Positions 1 to 17,705 of a stretch of DNA of 64,000 nt are shown here, piece after piece. The stretch comes from Eledone cirrhosa (taxonomy: Eukaryota): positions 18,724,001-18,788,000 of the forward strand of contig OZ024759.1 of assembly GCA_964016885.1 (NCBI GenBank). The letters run 5' to 3'. A model generated the notes under the pieces. It did no database searches and was not told where the DNA came from. It saw only the letters and a program-made list of their open reading frames with translations. The translations under genes and the position numbers were made by a program. How positions within the stretch are numbered: the first letter of the stretch is position 1; every line of letters starts with the position of its first letter.

Positions 1-495
1 TCAGGTGAGAAGTGTGTGGGAACAGAGTTCAAAGGGTGTGTAGGGGAGTGGTGGAGAGACATATAGCGAAAGGAAACGGTGATATATGAGCTCAGCTTAT
101 TCATTCATTTTTACTGAAATGGTGGATTACCGTGCGCGGAACTTCGCTTGTGCAACCTGTCTAAATGTACTAAGTGATGGAGTTGATATGATCGACCAAA
201 ATCTCTTAATAGGACTGCCCCAGCATGACCCTGGTCTGACATTCGAAACCAGAGAAATAATAACTGTCCATGGATGGAAACAGGTGTTTGGTTCTATTAC
301 GGCTCTCCTCGGATTTATAGTACCTCAATCATATATATCTCCTCGCTATTTATAGTACCTCAATCATATATATCTCCGTTAAATATGCATAAACAGTTCT
401 ATACTAGAAAACATATTTTTGATTAACCATAAATATGTTATAGGTGAATCCGCGATGCATTTTACCCTCTTTTTGCTGCGTTCGTATATATAATT

Positions 496-527
<32 letters not shown>

Positions 528-670
528 TATATATATATGTAGATAAATCTACCAAAATGTACGGTAGTGTCCAATCCGTATGAAGAACTCAATGTAATCC
601 GAATATCATGAAAAGAGAAGATGTATTCAAAAAATGTTTTCGGTGAAAATTAACGGAAAACAGAGTCAAG

Positions 671-1039
671 ATAAATGAATAAAATAATGAATAAACAAAG
701 AAACAGTTCCTTATATTAAAAAATTCATTTTACGATCGTTTCTAGGATATATATGTTAGTGTTGGTATGCATATCCTATAGATCTATGTAAAATGTTTAC
801 AAACTATCAGAGGGAGTATACATACCTACACATATATATATGCTGTCTTCAGAAATATTTCTGAAGACAGCATATATATATGTGTGGGTGTGTATATTCC
901 CTCTGATAGTTTGTAAAAATTTTACATAGATCTATAGGATATGCATACCAACACTAACATATATATCCTAGAAACGATCGTAAAATGACGAATTTTTTAA
1001 TATAAGGAACTGTTTCTTTGTTTATTCATTATTTTATTC

Positions 1040-1045
<6 letters not shown>
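671..1045. mobile_element. Inverted dimer (near-perfect ~375-bp palindrome) of a Penelope-like 3' end with a possible long-stem-II hammerhead in each arm
   Basis: Arms 671-855 and 859-1045 are reverse complements. The + arm has attt-CTGAAGA(861)...GAAA(971)-cgatcg-TA-aaat with a palindromic stem III, but the base of stem II is mismatched. Right end abuts (TA)n. Confidence 0.6.
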
Positions 1046-1126
<81 letters not shown>

Positions 1127-1182
1127 GTAACGATGATGTTCAGAGCATCAATTATACAAATTTAAATATATATCTTTTAAAC

Positions 1183-1488
<306 letters not shown>

Positions 1489-1497
1489 TATATATAT

Positions 1498-1530
<33 letters not shown>

Positions 1531-1577
1531 ATTTCTAACAAAATTAAAGACATTGTCTGATATACATATAGTTCCGG

Positions 1578-1620
<43 letters not shown>

Positions 1621-1744
1621 ATATATATATATATATATTTATATATATAATAATATATATATATATATATTTATATATATAATAATATATATATATATAT
1701 ATTTATATATATAATAATATATATATATATATATTTATATATAT

Positions 1745-1828
<84 letters not shown>

Positions 1829-1850
1829 ATTTATATATATATATATAATA

Positions 1851-1880
<30 letters not shown>
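1489..1880. repeat. (TA)n microsatellite with higher-order interruptions
   Basis: Direct reading. Confidence 0.95.
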
Positions 1881-1881
<1 letters not shown>

Positions 1882-2455
1882 AGTGCGTGTGTGTGTGCGT
1901 GTGCGTTTCTGTGTATACACCATACATACACATATCTCAGATACACTCAGCTGCAAACGAAGTCTAGCAATCCAATATATACACATATTTTAAGTCCTAA
2001 CATTTGTGAATTCATAATATTTACCCAATTTATATATATTTGCAGACTTCTACTTGTAGTCCACAACTCATTAATATCTGTCAATATCCATCACGTGTTA
2101 GTCTTGCATTATTGGAATGGTCAACAATCTAAAATAATGGAGTATTTTAAGTTTGCTATGATCTTGAACAATTTCCCCAGTGATTATAACTCGTTACAGT
2201 ATCTTGGATAATAAATATTTGCTAAATTACATGTCGGTGAACTCCGGGTTAAGAGATTATCAAACAAAAACTATTGATTAAAAAGAATATTGTCGACAAC
2301 TATATATGAATTGACGTAGAATTTTCTTTTCTTTTTTTATTACTTTTTATTACTTTTTTTTTTTTGGTTATTGTCTCTGCTACTTTTGGTTTCAGTCGCA
2401 ACTCTTTTCCGTTAGACATTATATTACATTATATTACATTATATTACATATCACA

Positions 2456-2775
2456 GTCGATGTTAACTTTGCTTTTCGTCCTTACGGGGTCGATAAAATA
2501 AAGTACCAGTAATACACTGGGTATTTGCTGGCCTCATGCCAAAAGTAGAAACAATTATATTACATATGACAGTCTATCGAGTGAAAACTGCTGAAACAAT
2601 AACTAAGTGCCCCGTAACATAAAATAAAATAGTACTCGAGTTAATTTAGGCACAAGGCCAGCAATTATCCCAGTGCATTACTGGTACTTTATTTTATCGA
2701 CCCCGTAAGGATGAAAGGCAAAGTTAACCTCGGCGGGATTTGAACTCAGATCATAAAGGGACGTAACTATGCTAA
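2456..2775. mobile_element. Two partial tRNA-derived SINE copies (family A) in opposite orientation
   Basis: Core ttgcctttcatccttacggggtcgataaaataaagtaccag on + at about 2465-2510 and on - at about 2680-2730. Confidence 0.8.
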
Positions 2776-2902
2776 TTATTCTCATTCCTAATTATTTTCT
2801 CAACCGTTACATGCATTCATCCAGTTATATATATTGCCTATATATTGACATTTATGTATATTTGTGCTACTTTTAGGAATAAGTATATATATATATATAA
2901 TA

Positions 2903-3355
2903 TAATGGATACTATTTACAGTTATGTATATTTTAAACTATAAACAGGGAAGGTCAGTAATGTATTACTACCTTATTACCAGTAAGATAAATAGCTCAAT
3001 GTAAGAATATCAGTTGTTCTACAGAGCAGTTATATAGAATTCACAAGAACCAAAGCTATGTTCAAAGCATTTATTCACTTACAATTGTTTCATCCAAACC
3101 TAGGCTTGGAGTCTTCGGGGCAGTTTTCAATGCTTGTACATATAATTGACCGCCTATCCAACGCACGAGACATACAGATACATATTGATATATTGATAAA
3201 TATATATATATATGTATCTGTATGTCTCTTGCGTTGGATAGGAGGTCAATTATATGTACAAGCATTGAAAACTGCCCCGAAGACTCCAAGACTAGGTTTG
3301 GATGAAACAATTGTAAGTGAATAAATGCTTTGAACATAGCTTTGGTTCTTGTGAA
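2903..3355. mobile_element. Inverted dimer of a Penelope-like 3' end with a variant hammerhead in each arm
   Basis: 3040-3355 is palindromic. The + arm reads CCGAAGA(3277)-c-tccaa/ttgga-t-GAAA(3304)-caattg-TA then AATAAA; stem I is decayed. The long arm continues left to (TA)n at about 2900. Confidence 0.7.
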
Positions 3356-3595
3356 ATTCTCTCTCTATATATATATATATATGTATGTATATATATGTGT
3401 ATGTGTGTGTGTGTGTGAGTGTGTATACATATATATATATATATATATATAGCACCACCTTCTATATGTATGCATATATATATATACATATATATACATG
3501 TCACCACCTTATGTATGTGTGTATATATATGTATGTGTATATATATGTGTGTATATGTATATATATATATATATGTGTGCGTGTGTGTGTGCGTG

Positions 3596-3628
<33 letters not shown>

Positions 3629-3685
3629 ATGTGTGTTTGTATAGATAAATATATATATAGATAGATAGATAGATAGATAGATACA

Positions 3686-3770
3686 TTTCTTTATTAGCCA
3701 CAAGGGCGCAACAAGAAAAGGGGACAATACAAAGACATGCCGGGGATTTTACATACAGTCGTGTAAAAAA
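3686..3770 (-). mobile_element. Extreme 3' end of a Tx1-like LINE inside (GATA)n
   Basis: tttctttattagccacaagggcgcaac matches the 3' UTR end of the copies at 29164 and 55581; GATA repeats on both sides. Confidence 0.7.
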
Positions 3771-3797
3771 TAGATAGATAGATAGATATAGATACAT

Positions 3798-3875
<78 letters not shown>

Positions 3876-4049
3876 TAGCATCAAGACATGCATATTTGTA
3901 TGCATGTTCGTTGATTGCGGTGAAGATGTTCATCAATGATAATCAACTAAGTTAGATTTGAAAACAACTATATATAAAAGCAATACCCGACATTTCTCGG
4001 GACGGGAATTAAATAATTAAGATAATATATATATTATTATATATTTTTG

Positions 4050-4560
4050 TATCGGTAGAGGGTCGGACGCCATGCTTTCCAGCATAGTTACGTCCCTTTA
4101 TGATCTGAGTTCAAATCCCGCCGAGGTTAACTTTGCCTTTCATCCTTACGGGGTCGATAAAATAAAGTACCAGTAATGCACTGGGTAATTGCTGGCCTTG
4201 TGCCTAAAGTAGAAACAATTATTATATTTTATAAGGCGGTGGATTGGCAGTATCAGTAGAGGGTTGGACGCCATGCTTTCCAGCACAGTTACGTCCCTTT
4301 ACGATCTGAGTTCAAATCCCGCCGAGGTTGACTTTGCTTTTCATCCTTACGGGGTCGATAAATTAAAGTACCAGTAATGTACTGGGTATTTGCTGGCCTT
4401 GTGCCAAAAGTAGAAATAGTTATTATATTTTATGTTCTGAGTTCAAATCCCGCCGAGGTTAACTTTGCCTTTCATCCTTACGGGGTCGATCAAATAAGGT
4501 ACCAGTAATGCAGTGGGTTAATTACTGGCCTTGTGACAAAAGTAGAAACAAGTATTACTA
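4050..4560 (+). mobile_element. Three tandem tRNA-derived SINEs (family A; central domain resembles the Meta-SINE core)
   Basis: A-box-like tggcagtatcagtag, B-box gagttcaaatcc, core gcctttcatccttacggggtcgataaaataaagtaccag, (ATT)n tail. The Meta-domain assignment is from memory of the consensus. Confidence 0.85.
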
Positions 4561-4762
4561 TAGAGTAATGTTCAAGTTCGTTTTGTCTTTAGCAACCATG
4601 GAAACACCTCAACTAAGTGAGCGCAGTTTTGACCAATCAAACTGAACTGTAGCAACATCAGTGATGGAAGCTGTGCTTGCAAGAGTCTTTTGTTGCTGTT
4701 ATTGGTGTTGCACATTCGTCAGTTCTGATGATGAAATGCTCTAGTTGTTCAAAGTAAACAAT

Positions 4763-5045
4763 TTGCTCATGAACTTGACGCGCAAGTGGCTGAGCATTCC
4801 ACAGACATATGCGGCATTAAGCTATTTTTCAACAATGAGGTTCAGTGTAATATAGAGGGATACAAGGGCTGGCGGCCCTTTGGAATCCAGGTACAACACA
4901 TTTTCTGAAGCTGGGAGGAGCAACAAGAAATAAAGTGTCAGCTTCTTTCTCAAGAATACAACGCGCCGCCGGGAATCGAACTCACGACCTTGCGATCATA
5001 AGTAAGCTGAACACCCTAACCACTTAGGCACGCGCGTTCACTCTG
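4763..5045 (-). mobile_element. tRNA-derived SINE (family B, V-domain-like)
   Basis: Minus strand gcctaagtggttagg...gagttcgattccc then tgtattcttgag...gacactttatttc. Confidence 0.75.
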
Positions 5046-5827
5046 GCGCATTTACGCTTCAGTATCCACTACAAATCAATGCATTATTCCAAATCGAAGC
5101 ATAACATAGAACTAGCATCTCTTTCGGAGATAAGTTATACAAATAGTTTTTCAACAACTAAAACTGCTTCAGGAATATGACTGAGAGCTATTTAGCATTA
5201 AGAAAATGATTTCATTTTTTTACCCACCTTTTTTGGAGTTTGTTTCATGTTTCTTATTTTGTTATTACCTTTTTATTGAATATTTTGGGAATTATATTTC
5301 CTTCCAGTTATTTTCTCAGATTTGTCAGCATATATGTATATGCTTTAGCAAATTAGCAATATCTGCTAAAATATGTTAGTCTGAGGCATAAAAATAAACT
5401 TAAACCGGTTATAATCTTCCCTCTCTAAGCGGGGAAAAAGTTTTAGATTTTTTATGTTAGTATTTTTAATATTATTTTTATTATCTTTTTTTAATATGAA
5501 CATTTTATTTCAGTAAATAAGTTTATTTAAGATGAAAATGATATTTTTAAAAATATATTCAACGAACTGGCTCTTAAACAGTACCTCGTTTGAATGTATA
5601 AAAATGTATATAATCGTCACACATACACACCAATTCAGACATATACATACCCCATAGATTTACTCACATAACACACATTTGTATGTAAAGACATACACAC
5701 GCAAATTTGTACTAAGACCAATTTCCGTAAATATTTACATCTATATATATCTGTCGATTGATATATAGATACATATAGATATACATATCAATATTTATTT
5801 TACATAATAAACAACACAATATAATTA

Positions 5828-5897
5828 TTCCATTACCAAAGGTTTCAGGAGACTAGACGATCCTTACAAAAACGTCTAGCTCGTTCATCAGATGAAA
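5828..5897 (-). ncRNA. Type I hammerhead ribozyme in an inverted Penelope-like remnant (about 5800-6030)
   Basis: Minus strand: tttcat-CTGATGA-ac-gagctagacg...cgtctagtctc-ct-GAAA-cctttgg-TA^atggaa. Downstream sequence is related to the 25195 and 55186 elements. Confidence 0.75.
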
Positions 5898-6435
5898 TAG
5901 TTATGTTTTGGATATAAGATTTGAAATTTATAACTAATGAAAGTGAGGGTTTATTATGTAATTAAATAGCTCAGTACTATAAGTAGGGCACTCTTCTTTC
6001 CTTTACATTTTCTACGGAAATACTTAACACACACATACGGATGTATATGTATGTATATACCCCCCCCCCCCCCACATATATATATTTATATATAAAACAA
6101 CAATGAATCAATACATTTTCAAACTAATATATATATATATGTATATATACAAATAAAGATTCAGAGGGAATCGCATTTCGGCGGGCAGGAAAAGCGAAGC
6201 GAAACGCAAAAATCAGAAATGATACTGGCAAAGTGCTCCATAGTTAAAAACCAGAGCTAAACAATGTGTTAAGAAGCCATACAAAACTGAAAAGGTGGTC
6301 AAGAAGGCATTAACCACTCAAGCCAAAAACCAAATCAAGATAAACAGATCAAAACAAAATAAATGATAAAAATAAATATATATATAATATTAATTCAAAA
6401 TATTAATAAATATAGACATTCACGTAATCAAAATA

Positions 6436-6500
6436 TATTTTGTTATATATATTTGGGAGGTACTGTTTTGTTTTCTCAGTACGTCCTCATCAGATAAAGT
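6436..6500 (-). ncRNA. Degenerate hammerhead (GAAA mutated to CAAA)
   Basis: Minus strand: tttat-CTGATGA-ggacgtact...agtacctcc-CAAA-tatata-TA-acaaaata; same architecture as 52109 and 60953. Confidence 0.55.
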
Positions 6501-6659
6501 ATATAAATTGATGTATGACATACCTCAACTGTGCTGATGGTTCAATTCCAGTCTTGGCAGTGGTTCAATTCCAGTCTTGTTTAACTTTTGGTTATATATA
6601 TATATATATATATATATATCTGTAGTTAATACTAGACATTATAATGTATTGAATACTTT

Positions 6660-7480
6660 GCAGCATTCGTTATGGCTCACAGGACTCTCTGATTTCAAAG
6701 ACCTCAACTTTCAAAGATGTCAACTTTGTCTTTCATCCTTTCAGACCGATGAAAAAAATAGATATGAGTTCAGTACTGGAGCCAATTGTTCCTCTATATC
6801 TCCTTTCCACTTCCTCTCACCCACACCTTCTATCCTTCTCTGGGAGACATTGGCTATGTTCAGACCGGGAGAGGAGATGTGCTCTACCAGGTGTAAACTG
6901 CCCAAGAGACGCCGTAATCATTAATGCACCTTGACGACTACAATAGGAGTTATTTGTACATACAATACAACAATACCCATATCGAGAAGAGATAAAAACA
7001 ATTCAAAAATACTTCACAAAACCAAAACAAAAAGTGAGAAGTAAAAACAAGCCTGACTATAATAATTCTTCCTACAGTCTAGTACCGGGCTCGATTCTTC
7101 CTCTATATATATTTCTTACTTCTATTCTTTTAATCTCTCTATTCTTCACTGGAAAAACTCTGTTGTATTCAGAAGTAGAGTGGAGAGTTTAAAAGAGAAA
7201 TGTCCTTGAAACGCCGTATGTCAATATGGCGTCATACGACTCCAACAGGAATTACGGGACCTTACATCATATTTATCTCATTCTTCCTCTATATATGTTT
7301 CTCACTGCCTTTCTTTCATTCTCTCTCTGTCAATCTTTGGAAGATATCTGCTGGAGAGGGGAAGGGCTCCGCCAGGTTTTAGAAATATTCCCCAAAAATG
7401 CATTAGAAAAAGGCCGTAGAAACGCTGTATGTAAATACGGTGCCAAATGACTGCAACATGATTTACGGGACCATTCTTAC
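6660..7480 (+). mobile_element. Old SINE copies (family A core with a long CT-rich 3' tail)
   Basis: Tail ggagagga..gtgctc..ccaggt..aaatgcccaagaaacgccgta..ggagttacgg recurs at about 25760-26050, 34915-35200, 38385-38720. Confidence 0.6.
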
Positions 7481-7757
7481 ATACATAGATTAGAGAAGCA
7501 GAGTTGTAAACATTACTCTATTCTACTCTGCATTGACGCTTTCCATTATATCAACATTGCCTTTATGCACTAATTATACACTTAGAAAGCATGCATAATC
7601 CAACCATTGCATATCTCTCAATTATGCCAAGAAACAATATCTCCTTCCAGAAACCAAACATAACTAAGCAGAAAGTGAAGTCAATATTCTTATCAGTACT
7701 TGCCTTAATCCCATATAGACTGCGAAACAGACGTTAGCATTTATCAGAAAATTTGTG

Positions 7758-7957
7758 CAAAATGTGTTCAATTTCTTATATCAGATTAACGCGACAAACG
7801 GAAAACAAACTTTAAGAAGTCACTTGATCGTAATAGAGTTTTTTCTGCGTCGCTACACACACATAGAACAATCCAAGTTTACATTACTTATCAAAACGTT
7901 GACAATGTCGAAGATAGTATATCGCAGAGTCGTCAAAACATTGGATTATATTATTAG
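7758..7957 (+). pseudogene. Possible eroded TIR-domain (Toll-like receptor) relic
   Basis: With frameshifts it reads NVFISY...VFSASLHTHR...NVDNVEDSISQSRQNIGLY, resembling TIR motifs YDVFISY / FKLCLHxRDF / DNIxDSIxxSRKxI. Judged by eye only. Confidence 0.35.
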
Positions 7958-8059
7958 CGTGATTTGTCCCAACATTCTACGCTCTCTGAGTTCCAATTCC
8001 ATTGAGGTTTGCTTAGAATTTTGAAGGTAAAATTAATAGGGTTTTTCTATGACGTTTGA

Positions 8060-8915
8060 TGTGTCATGAGCAAATGGGGAATGGCGATGTTGATTCGATC
8101 GATATTGCACCCATTACTTAACAGCTATATTATTTAATCGACCACGAAAAGTTAAATGACAAAATTTACCTCATTGGCATTTGAACCCACAAAGTAAAGA
8201 TCCTGAACAAATGCCACAAAGCATTTAGTCTGACGCTCTAACGATCCTGCCAATCTACCTAATGCCCTATTATTACGGATGTTATAAGGGTTTCTGATTT
8301 AGTCACAAAGCCAACAATTACCAGTTACTGGTATTTTATTTTATCGACCCAGTAAGGTTGAAAGGCAAACCTTAACCTCGGCGGGATTTGAACTTAGGAC
8401 GTGAAGGGACGTAACTAAATGCAGAAAAGCATTTCGCCCGACGCTCTAGCGATCTTGCCACTCTACCGACCTAGACGTGTATAATAATAATAATTTCTAC
8501 TATAGGCACAAGGCCAGCAATTTGGGGAGAGGGGGAAAGTCGATTATATCGACCCCAGTGCATTACTGGTATTTTATTTTATCGACCCAGAAATGATGAA
8601 AGGCAAAGCTTAACCTCGGCAGGATTTGAACTCAGAACGTGAAGGGACGTAACTAAATGCCGCAAAGCATTCCGCCCGACCCTCTAACGATCTTGTCAAT
8701 CTAGACGAGTATAGTAATAATTGTTTCTATTTTTGGCACAAGGCCAGCAATTATCCCAGTGTATTACTGGTGCTTTATTTTATCGACCCCGTAAGGATGA
8801 AAGGCAAAGCTTACCTCGGTGGGATTTGAACTCAGAGATCCTAAAGGGCCGTAACTCTATGATGCAAAGCATGGTGTCCGACTCTCTACCGATACTACCA
8901 ATCTACCGCCCGACG
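8060..8915 (-). mobile_element. Cluster of four family A SINEs
   Basis: Repeated ctggtattttattttatcgaccc..gatgaaaggcaaag..ggatttgaactc..ctgccaatc. Confidence 0.85.
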
Positions 8916-9094
8916 TGTATAGTAATAATAATACTAAAAACCGTTGTATGTCTCCATAAGAAGATAATTACTCTTATGGTTCTCTCTGAAGAGAAATCTT
9001 TTTACAGCTTCACTCTGCATGTGAAACAATGTTGAATACAATTGATGAACAAAATCTAATTTGCAATAAATATTTATACGAGTTTAAAAGTGTT

Positions 9095-9345
9095 TAACGT
9101 CTCTCTTGATCGAGGAGGTTCATCAGGCAGGTGTTTATCCTGGTTTCCTTAGCGTTAAGCAACTGAGAGTGCAAGACATCACCCCCATCCTGGACATGAT
9201 TCCAGTCCATTGCAGGAGTATATCCCCGACTAATGCTGGAGCAATGTAAAGTTAAGAAATAACACAACACACAACTCGGTGAAGGAATCGAACGCACAAC
9301 ATTATGATAAGAAATCCAACACTCTAACCACTAGGCCATGCACAT
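9095..9345 (-). mobile_element. Family B SINE
   Basis: Minus strand tggcctagtggttagag...gcgttcgattcc tRNA head. Confidence 0.75.
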
Positions 9346-9960
9346 TTATTTATACGAGTATACGGTGTATATTAAAAGTCTTAATATAACATAGAATATT
9401 ATTCCCAGCCTCTAATCGCCATCATTAATTCACCTTCAAACGTCTAGTATATAGCGTGTTCTCGCATCAATATTTCTTATATAATTGCCAGACGAATGAA
9501 CATTAGACACAATTTCAGTTATATTCTACAACGTATTTGACATATATAGCAACACTATAAAGAAATTTCTCTGTAGACAGAATCTTAAGGGTAGTTATCT
9601 TCTGTTAAGGAAACAATACATTTTAGAGTGCCTAAAGTTTCTATCATACGTTTTACAGATTACACTGAAATAACGGAAACTTTTGACATTTCATTCTTTT
9701 AACAGTGAGATTGCTACTAATAAATCAAGTTATATCTTCATTAAATTTACCTTTACATATAAACTATTATGCTGCTGCATAATTGCAATTCGCCAGATTC
9801 TTTGAGTGAGCTAAACGCTGGCCGAGAAACGCTGAATTTATACCAGCGATCTTCGTTACTTTTGTTATATATATATATATTTTGACTAAAGAAATTAAAG
9901 AAATTATTTAACCTGATAGTGGGGTTAAGAACCCTCGGAGAAATGGGAAAAGGTGAGTAT

Positions 9961-10032
9961 TGACGTACATGGGAGTCGAACCCACATCTTTGGTTCTCTG
10001 GACCACTGTGCTACCATTTACACCAACACACC
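9961..10032 (-). tRNA. tRNA-like cloverleaf (pseudo-tRNA or SINE head; loop CCAGAGA, nominal anticodon AGA)
   Basis: ggtgtgt-tg-gtgt-aaatggta-gcac-a-gtggt-ccagaga-accaa-agat-gtggg-ttcgact-cccat-gtacgtc-a. All four arms pair, but there are many G:U pairs, C33 instead of U33 and a short variable loop, so it is unlikely to be a translating tRNA-Ser. Confidence 0.6.
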
Positions 10033-10034
10033 AT

Positions 10035-10187
10035 GTGTCGGTTGAATATTTTGTGGTACCTGTGTGAAGTCGGGAAACACTGGTCCAATGCCCAGAAGAA
10101 GAGACCTAGCACGTTAGTGCGTACATGCTTCGAGTCTAGTGCATTGAATCGTGTTATGTTTCTAGGTCTGTTTCTATTTCGTCGCCT
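10035..10187 (-). pseudogene. Penelope-like retroelement ORF remnant (RT thumb/linker region)
   Basis: RRRNRNRPRNITRFNALDSKHVRTNVLGLFFWALDQCFPTSHRYHKIFNRH resembles, from memory, the invertebrate PLE motif RxRNIIWFNPPxSKNVxTNxGxxFLxLIDKHFPxxHxLHKIFNRNTVKVSYSC. Confidence 0.7.
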
Positions 10188-11074
10188 GCTACTAGTAGTG
10201 TGTGCATTGTCATGTTGTTCTCTCGGGTTACGCCCTACTCCTATTTGACCCCCTATTCTATTCCTATGCTTAGAACTATTATTTAAGTCTGTGGAAAGCC
10301 ATTCACTCACCATGTTGTTCTGGACACGTTTGCTAGCCCTAGTTCTCGTCCCTGTCCTGCTGTCCGAGTATCCTGCCGTATCAGTGTGGTATTCTTCATC
10401 TTGGTGTTATCCCTATCGAGTTCAAAGCTCCTTGCTGCGTTATCTACTGCACTATCTTTGGTTTCCTCGTCCTGGTGAAACTCACCAGTAACAAGACTCA
10501 TCATGTAGCCATAAAGTATACCATATATATATACGTATATATATATATATATATAACCTGTGTATTTGCTGGCATTAGCGTACATCTGTGCGCTTATGTT
10601 AGTAGATATATTAAATTATCTATATTTATCTCCAAATCACTGATTTGTCGAGCAAACCTGCCAAAACCACTTCTAAATTTTTTTGGGGGTGTTAGTAGGC
10701 GTCTGTCATCTTACCATCCCATTCCTACTGACTAGCCTCTGTGTCACGTGATTGATTCTTTAGAATCGGCCATATGACCAGTGGCAGTGAGAATTTCAGT
10801 ACCTGGAATCCAGTCCTCGATAGCTGTTCCATTTACCGAATTATTATTATTTTTATATGAGTCCCCAGTGTCCGCGCATTGCCTGGAGACTTGGCTGAGA
10901 ATGACCTCCTGATGACGCAATGAAATTCTCAACAGTTCATTACGTAACTGTCTTTATCCCATTGCAGAAACTAATTAGTTGGAGTGAAAATTTAAGTAAG
11001 TAAGTTAATTTTTTAAAAATTTTTAAAAAATGTTCTTATTTTACGTCTTTTATATATATATATATATATATATT

Positions 11075-11445
<371 letters not shown>

Positions 11446-11645
11446 TACATATCTATAATGGTATAACAAACATATATAAACGTACTTGGTATATTTTCTG
11501 TACATAGAAGTTACCATCGATATGCGTATACCAGCGACTATGTAATCAATAAAATAAGGTAAATTCAAACTTACTGGCTTCTACTTTGAGTGTTATACAT
11601 AAACACAAACACACACAACACATACACATACACACATATATATAT

Positions 11646-11672
<27 letters not shown>

Positions 11673-11676
<4 letters not shown>

Positions 11677-11859
11677 TGTTTTACTTTGGGAGGGTCATGT
11701 TGCCAATAAGAAACACACGCACCAGCTGTATCATTGAAATTTATTATAAATTTTTTAAAAATTTCTTTAAACATTTTTTACTTTATAGTAAATTGGAGTG
11801 AAGTCACTGGTGCGTGTGTTTCTTATTGGCAACATGACCCTCCCAAAGTATAACAATAT
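11673..11859. repeat. 53-bp inverted repeat with AT-rich spacer next to (TA)n
   Basis: 11673-11725 vs 11807-11859 reverse complement, 1 mismatch. Confidence 0.85.
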
Positions 11860-12149
11860 CGGTTTCAACACACGTTTTCAGATAAAGAATCTTGCTAAAC
11901 AAATTCATATATATATATTTACATGATTTGAATATATATATTTGCTTTTTCTCTGAGTAGGCGCTACTGGAGATGGGAAAAAGTGGACAGAAAATTCAGC
12001 GAATAGGGAAATTTCTGGTTCTGAATTAGAAGATGCCCATAGTACTAGATATGGAGAATAACATTATAAAATACTCTCCGACACACATAAATATGTGTAT
12101 ATGTATATATTCATATAAATTCTTGTATGTATTCGTATATACATGAATT

Positions 12150-13800
<1,651 letters not shown>

Positions 13801-15414
13801 TATCCTTGGTTATATATATAGGTGCAAATACGTGTACATATTCACACATTTGTATTATATATATATAAGTGTGAATGTATGTGTGTATGTGTATGCATTT
13901 ATATGTGCGAGTGGGTGCGTATGTAACTCATCCTCCCTGCTTATCAATTTGCATGTTCCCCGTCATTGCTTAGAATTAATTTTCTAGCTTGTACTCAGTG
14001 TTTGCCTTGTATAGATCAATAATATCAGGGAATCTTGACACCGACAAAGGAAGATAATTTCTGTTTCTGCTTTGCTGTGATAAAAAAAGATGTAAATATG
14101 CTATATATTTGGTAACTATTGAGGCATCACTTATATTGCTTCATTTTCCTTTACCGTTTGACACTTAATTCCTGATGGGGTCGTTGGGACGCTATAGTGA
14201 TACGAGGCGTATCTGGGCATTTAAATTTGGCGGAACCAATTCCCCATCTAGCTCTGAAAATGGCCGATTTCTTCCAGGGAAAGAAAGGTGGGTGGGAGAA
14301 AGACTGAGAATGAGAGCGAGAGAAGGGTGGAGAGAAAGAATGAAAAAGAAACTTGACCTCGGCGAGATTTTAACTCAGAATCCAAAGAGCCAGATAAAAT
14401 ACGGCAAGGCATCTCGCTCGACACTCTAACAATTCCACCAGTTCACCGTCCTAAATTAGTACTTTATTTCATCGATCCTGAAAGAATACTCAACAAAATC
14501 GTCTTGGGCCAGTTTTGAACTCAGAACGCAGAAAAGAGGGAAAAATATCCGACGTTCTAACGATTTTGCCTATTCGCCATCTCTTCTATTAATTAATTCA
14601 ACAAAATGCCTTTGTACTACTGCATTATTACTGTGAAGATTGTTGTAATTTAAGAGTTGTCGTCCAATTGAAATTAGGATTCAACAACCTCATCGATTTC
14701 ATTCATGATTTGTAAAGGAAATAAAAGAATTATATAATGCTATATTCTCATGTATAACCGATAGAACTCCTTTGAGCTGATAATAATTCTGTCAAGGATT
14801 TAAACTCTCATTAACTAGGATTCATCGTTGTTTGCAAATAGAGTTAACTAAAATCACTCCAGATTCTAAAATGGCGAATTCTACTCACAAATGAAAAGTG
14901 TACGCAATGAAAATGAATTTAATTCACCGCGGCAAATCAAAAATGTTATGAAACCAGTTTATCATAGTTGAGGACCGAAATAAAATTAAATGAATTGAAA
15001 TACTCTAAATACGTGTATCTAATAATATTAATGGAATTAAATAGTCCCAAAGGAAATGTGATGCACTTAAACAAAATATGCATCTTTAATGAATGTAATA
15101 AATGTATTTTAATGAGTGTCGGGTTTGCGTAATTTTAATAAATAATGCATTTTGTAATTAGTGTATCTTGATTCAATAAGGTTAAATCAAAATTGACATA
15201 TTTATTGAAAACTACTTTATTGATCAGAGCACACACAATCACAGCAGAGTTCATTTCTTTGATATCTTTCCTAAACTTTCATCCGTTTATTTATTCATCA
15301 GTTAGAACTGAGTCAAGCAGACATCGCACAACCTCTAAATGATCAAAGGCAAAGATGAACTCGGTGAGATTCGGACTAAAAGTACAAAGAGCCGGAATTT
15401 AATCCTTTCAGTTA

Positions 15415-15620
15415 GTGGAGGAGCCTTGCCTAATAATGGTAAGTGTGTTGGATTTGCGATCAGAATGTCGTGGATTCGATTCCTGGACTGGGTTATGTGT
15501 TGTGTTCTGGGTTGTGTGTTGTTTCATATCCAGGGAGGAGTTTTGTACTTCCTTAACGCCACGAAAACTGGGATAAGAACCGGCCTGATGGGCTTCCGGG
15601 CTCGCGACAGACTGTAAACT
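15415..15620 (+). mobile_element. Family B SINE
   Basis: tRNA-like head, ggattcgattcctggactggg, tail shared with 32360, 39730, 48055. Confidence 0.65.
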
Positions 15621-15856
15621 TTTAGACATTTCAGTTTAAACAGACATCCTCCCTAGACTACCACACCGTTGTCTTAATAATTAGAAGCCACAAGTATATA
15701 ACATACACTATATTTAAGCCCAGAGTTCATATTCTAATGAAGTTGATCTTTAGCCAAAATTCTAGATTACTGTCAACATTTTGTTAGTGAAAGATGTTAT
15801 ATATTTTAAAGATAAAAATTAAATGTTTTATAGTTGATGGTTGAATGCCAAAGGAC

Positions 15857-16382
<526 letters not shown>

Positions 16383-16384
16383 AT

Positions 16385-17705
<1,321 letters not shown>

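Noticed and set aside
9961-10032. Functional tRNA-Ser(AGA) gene
   Set aside because: C33, a G-A mismatch in the anticodon stem, a 4-nt variable loop and four G:U acceptor pairs; kept only as tRNA-like.
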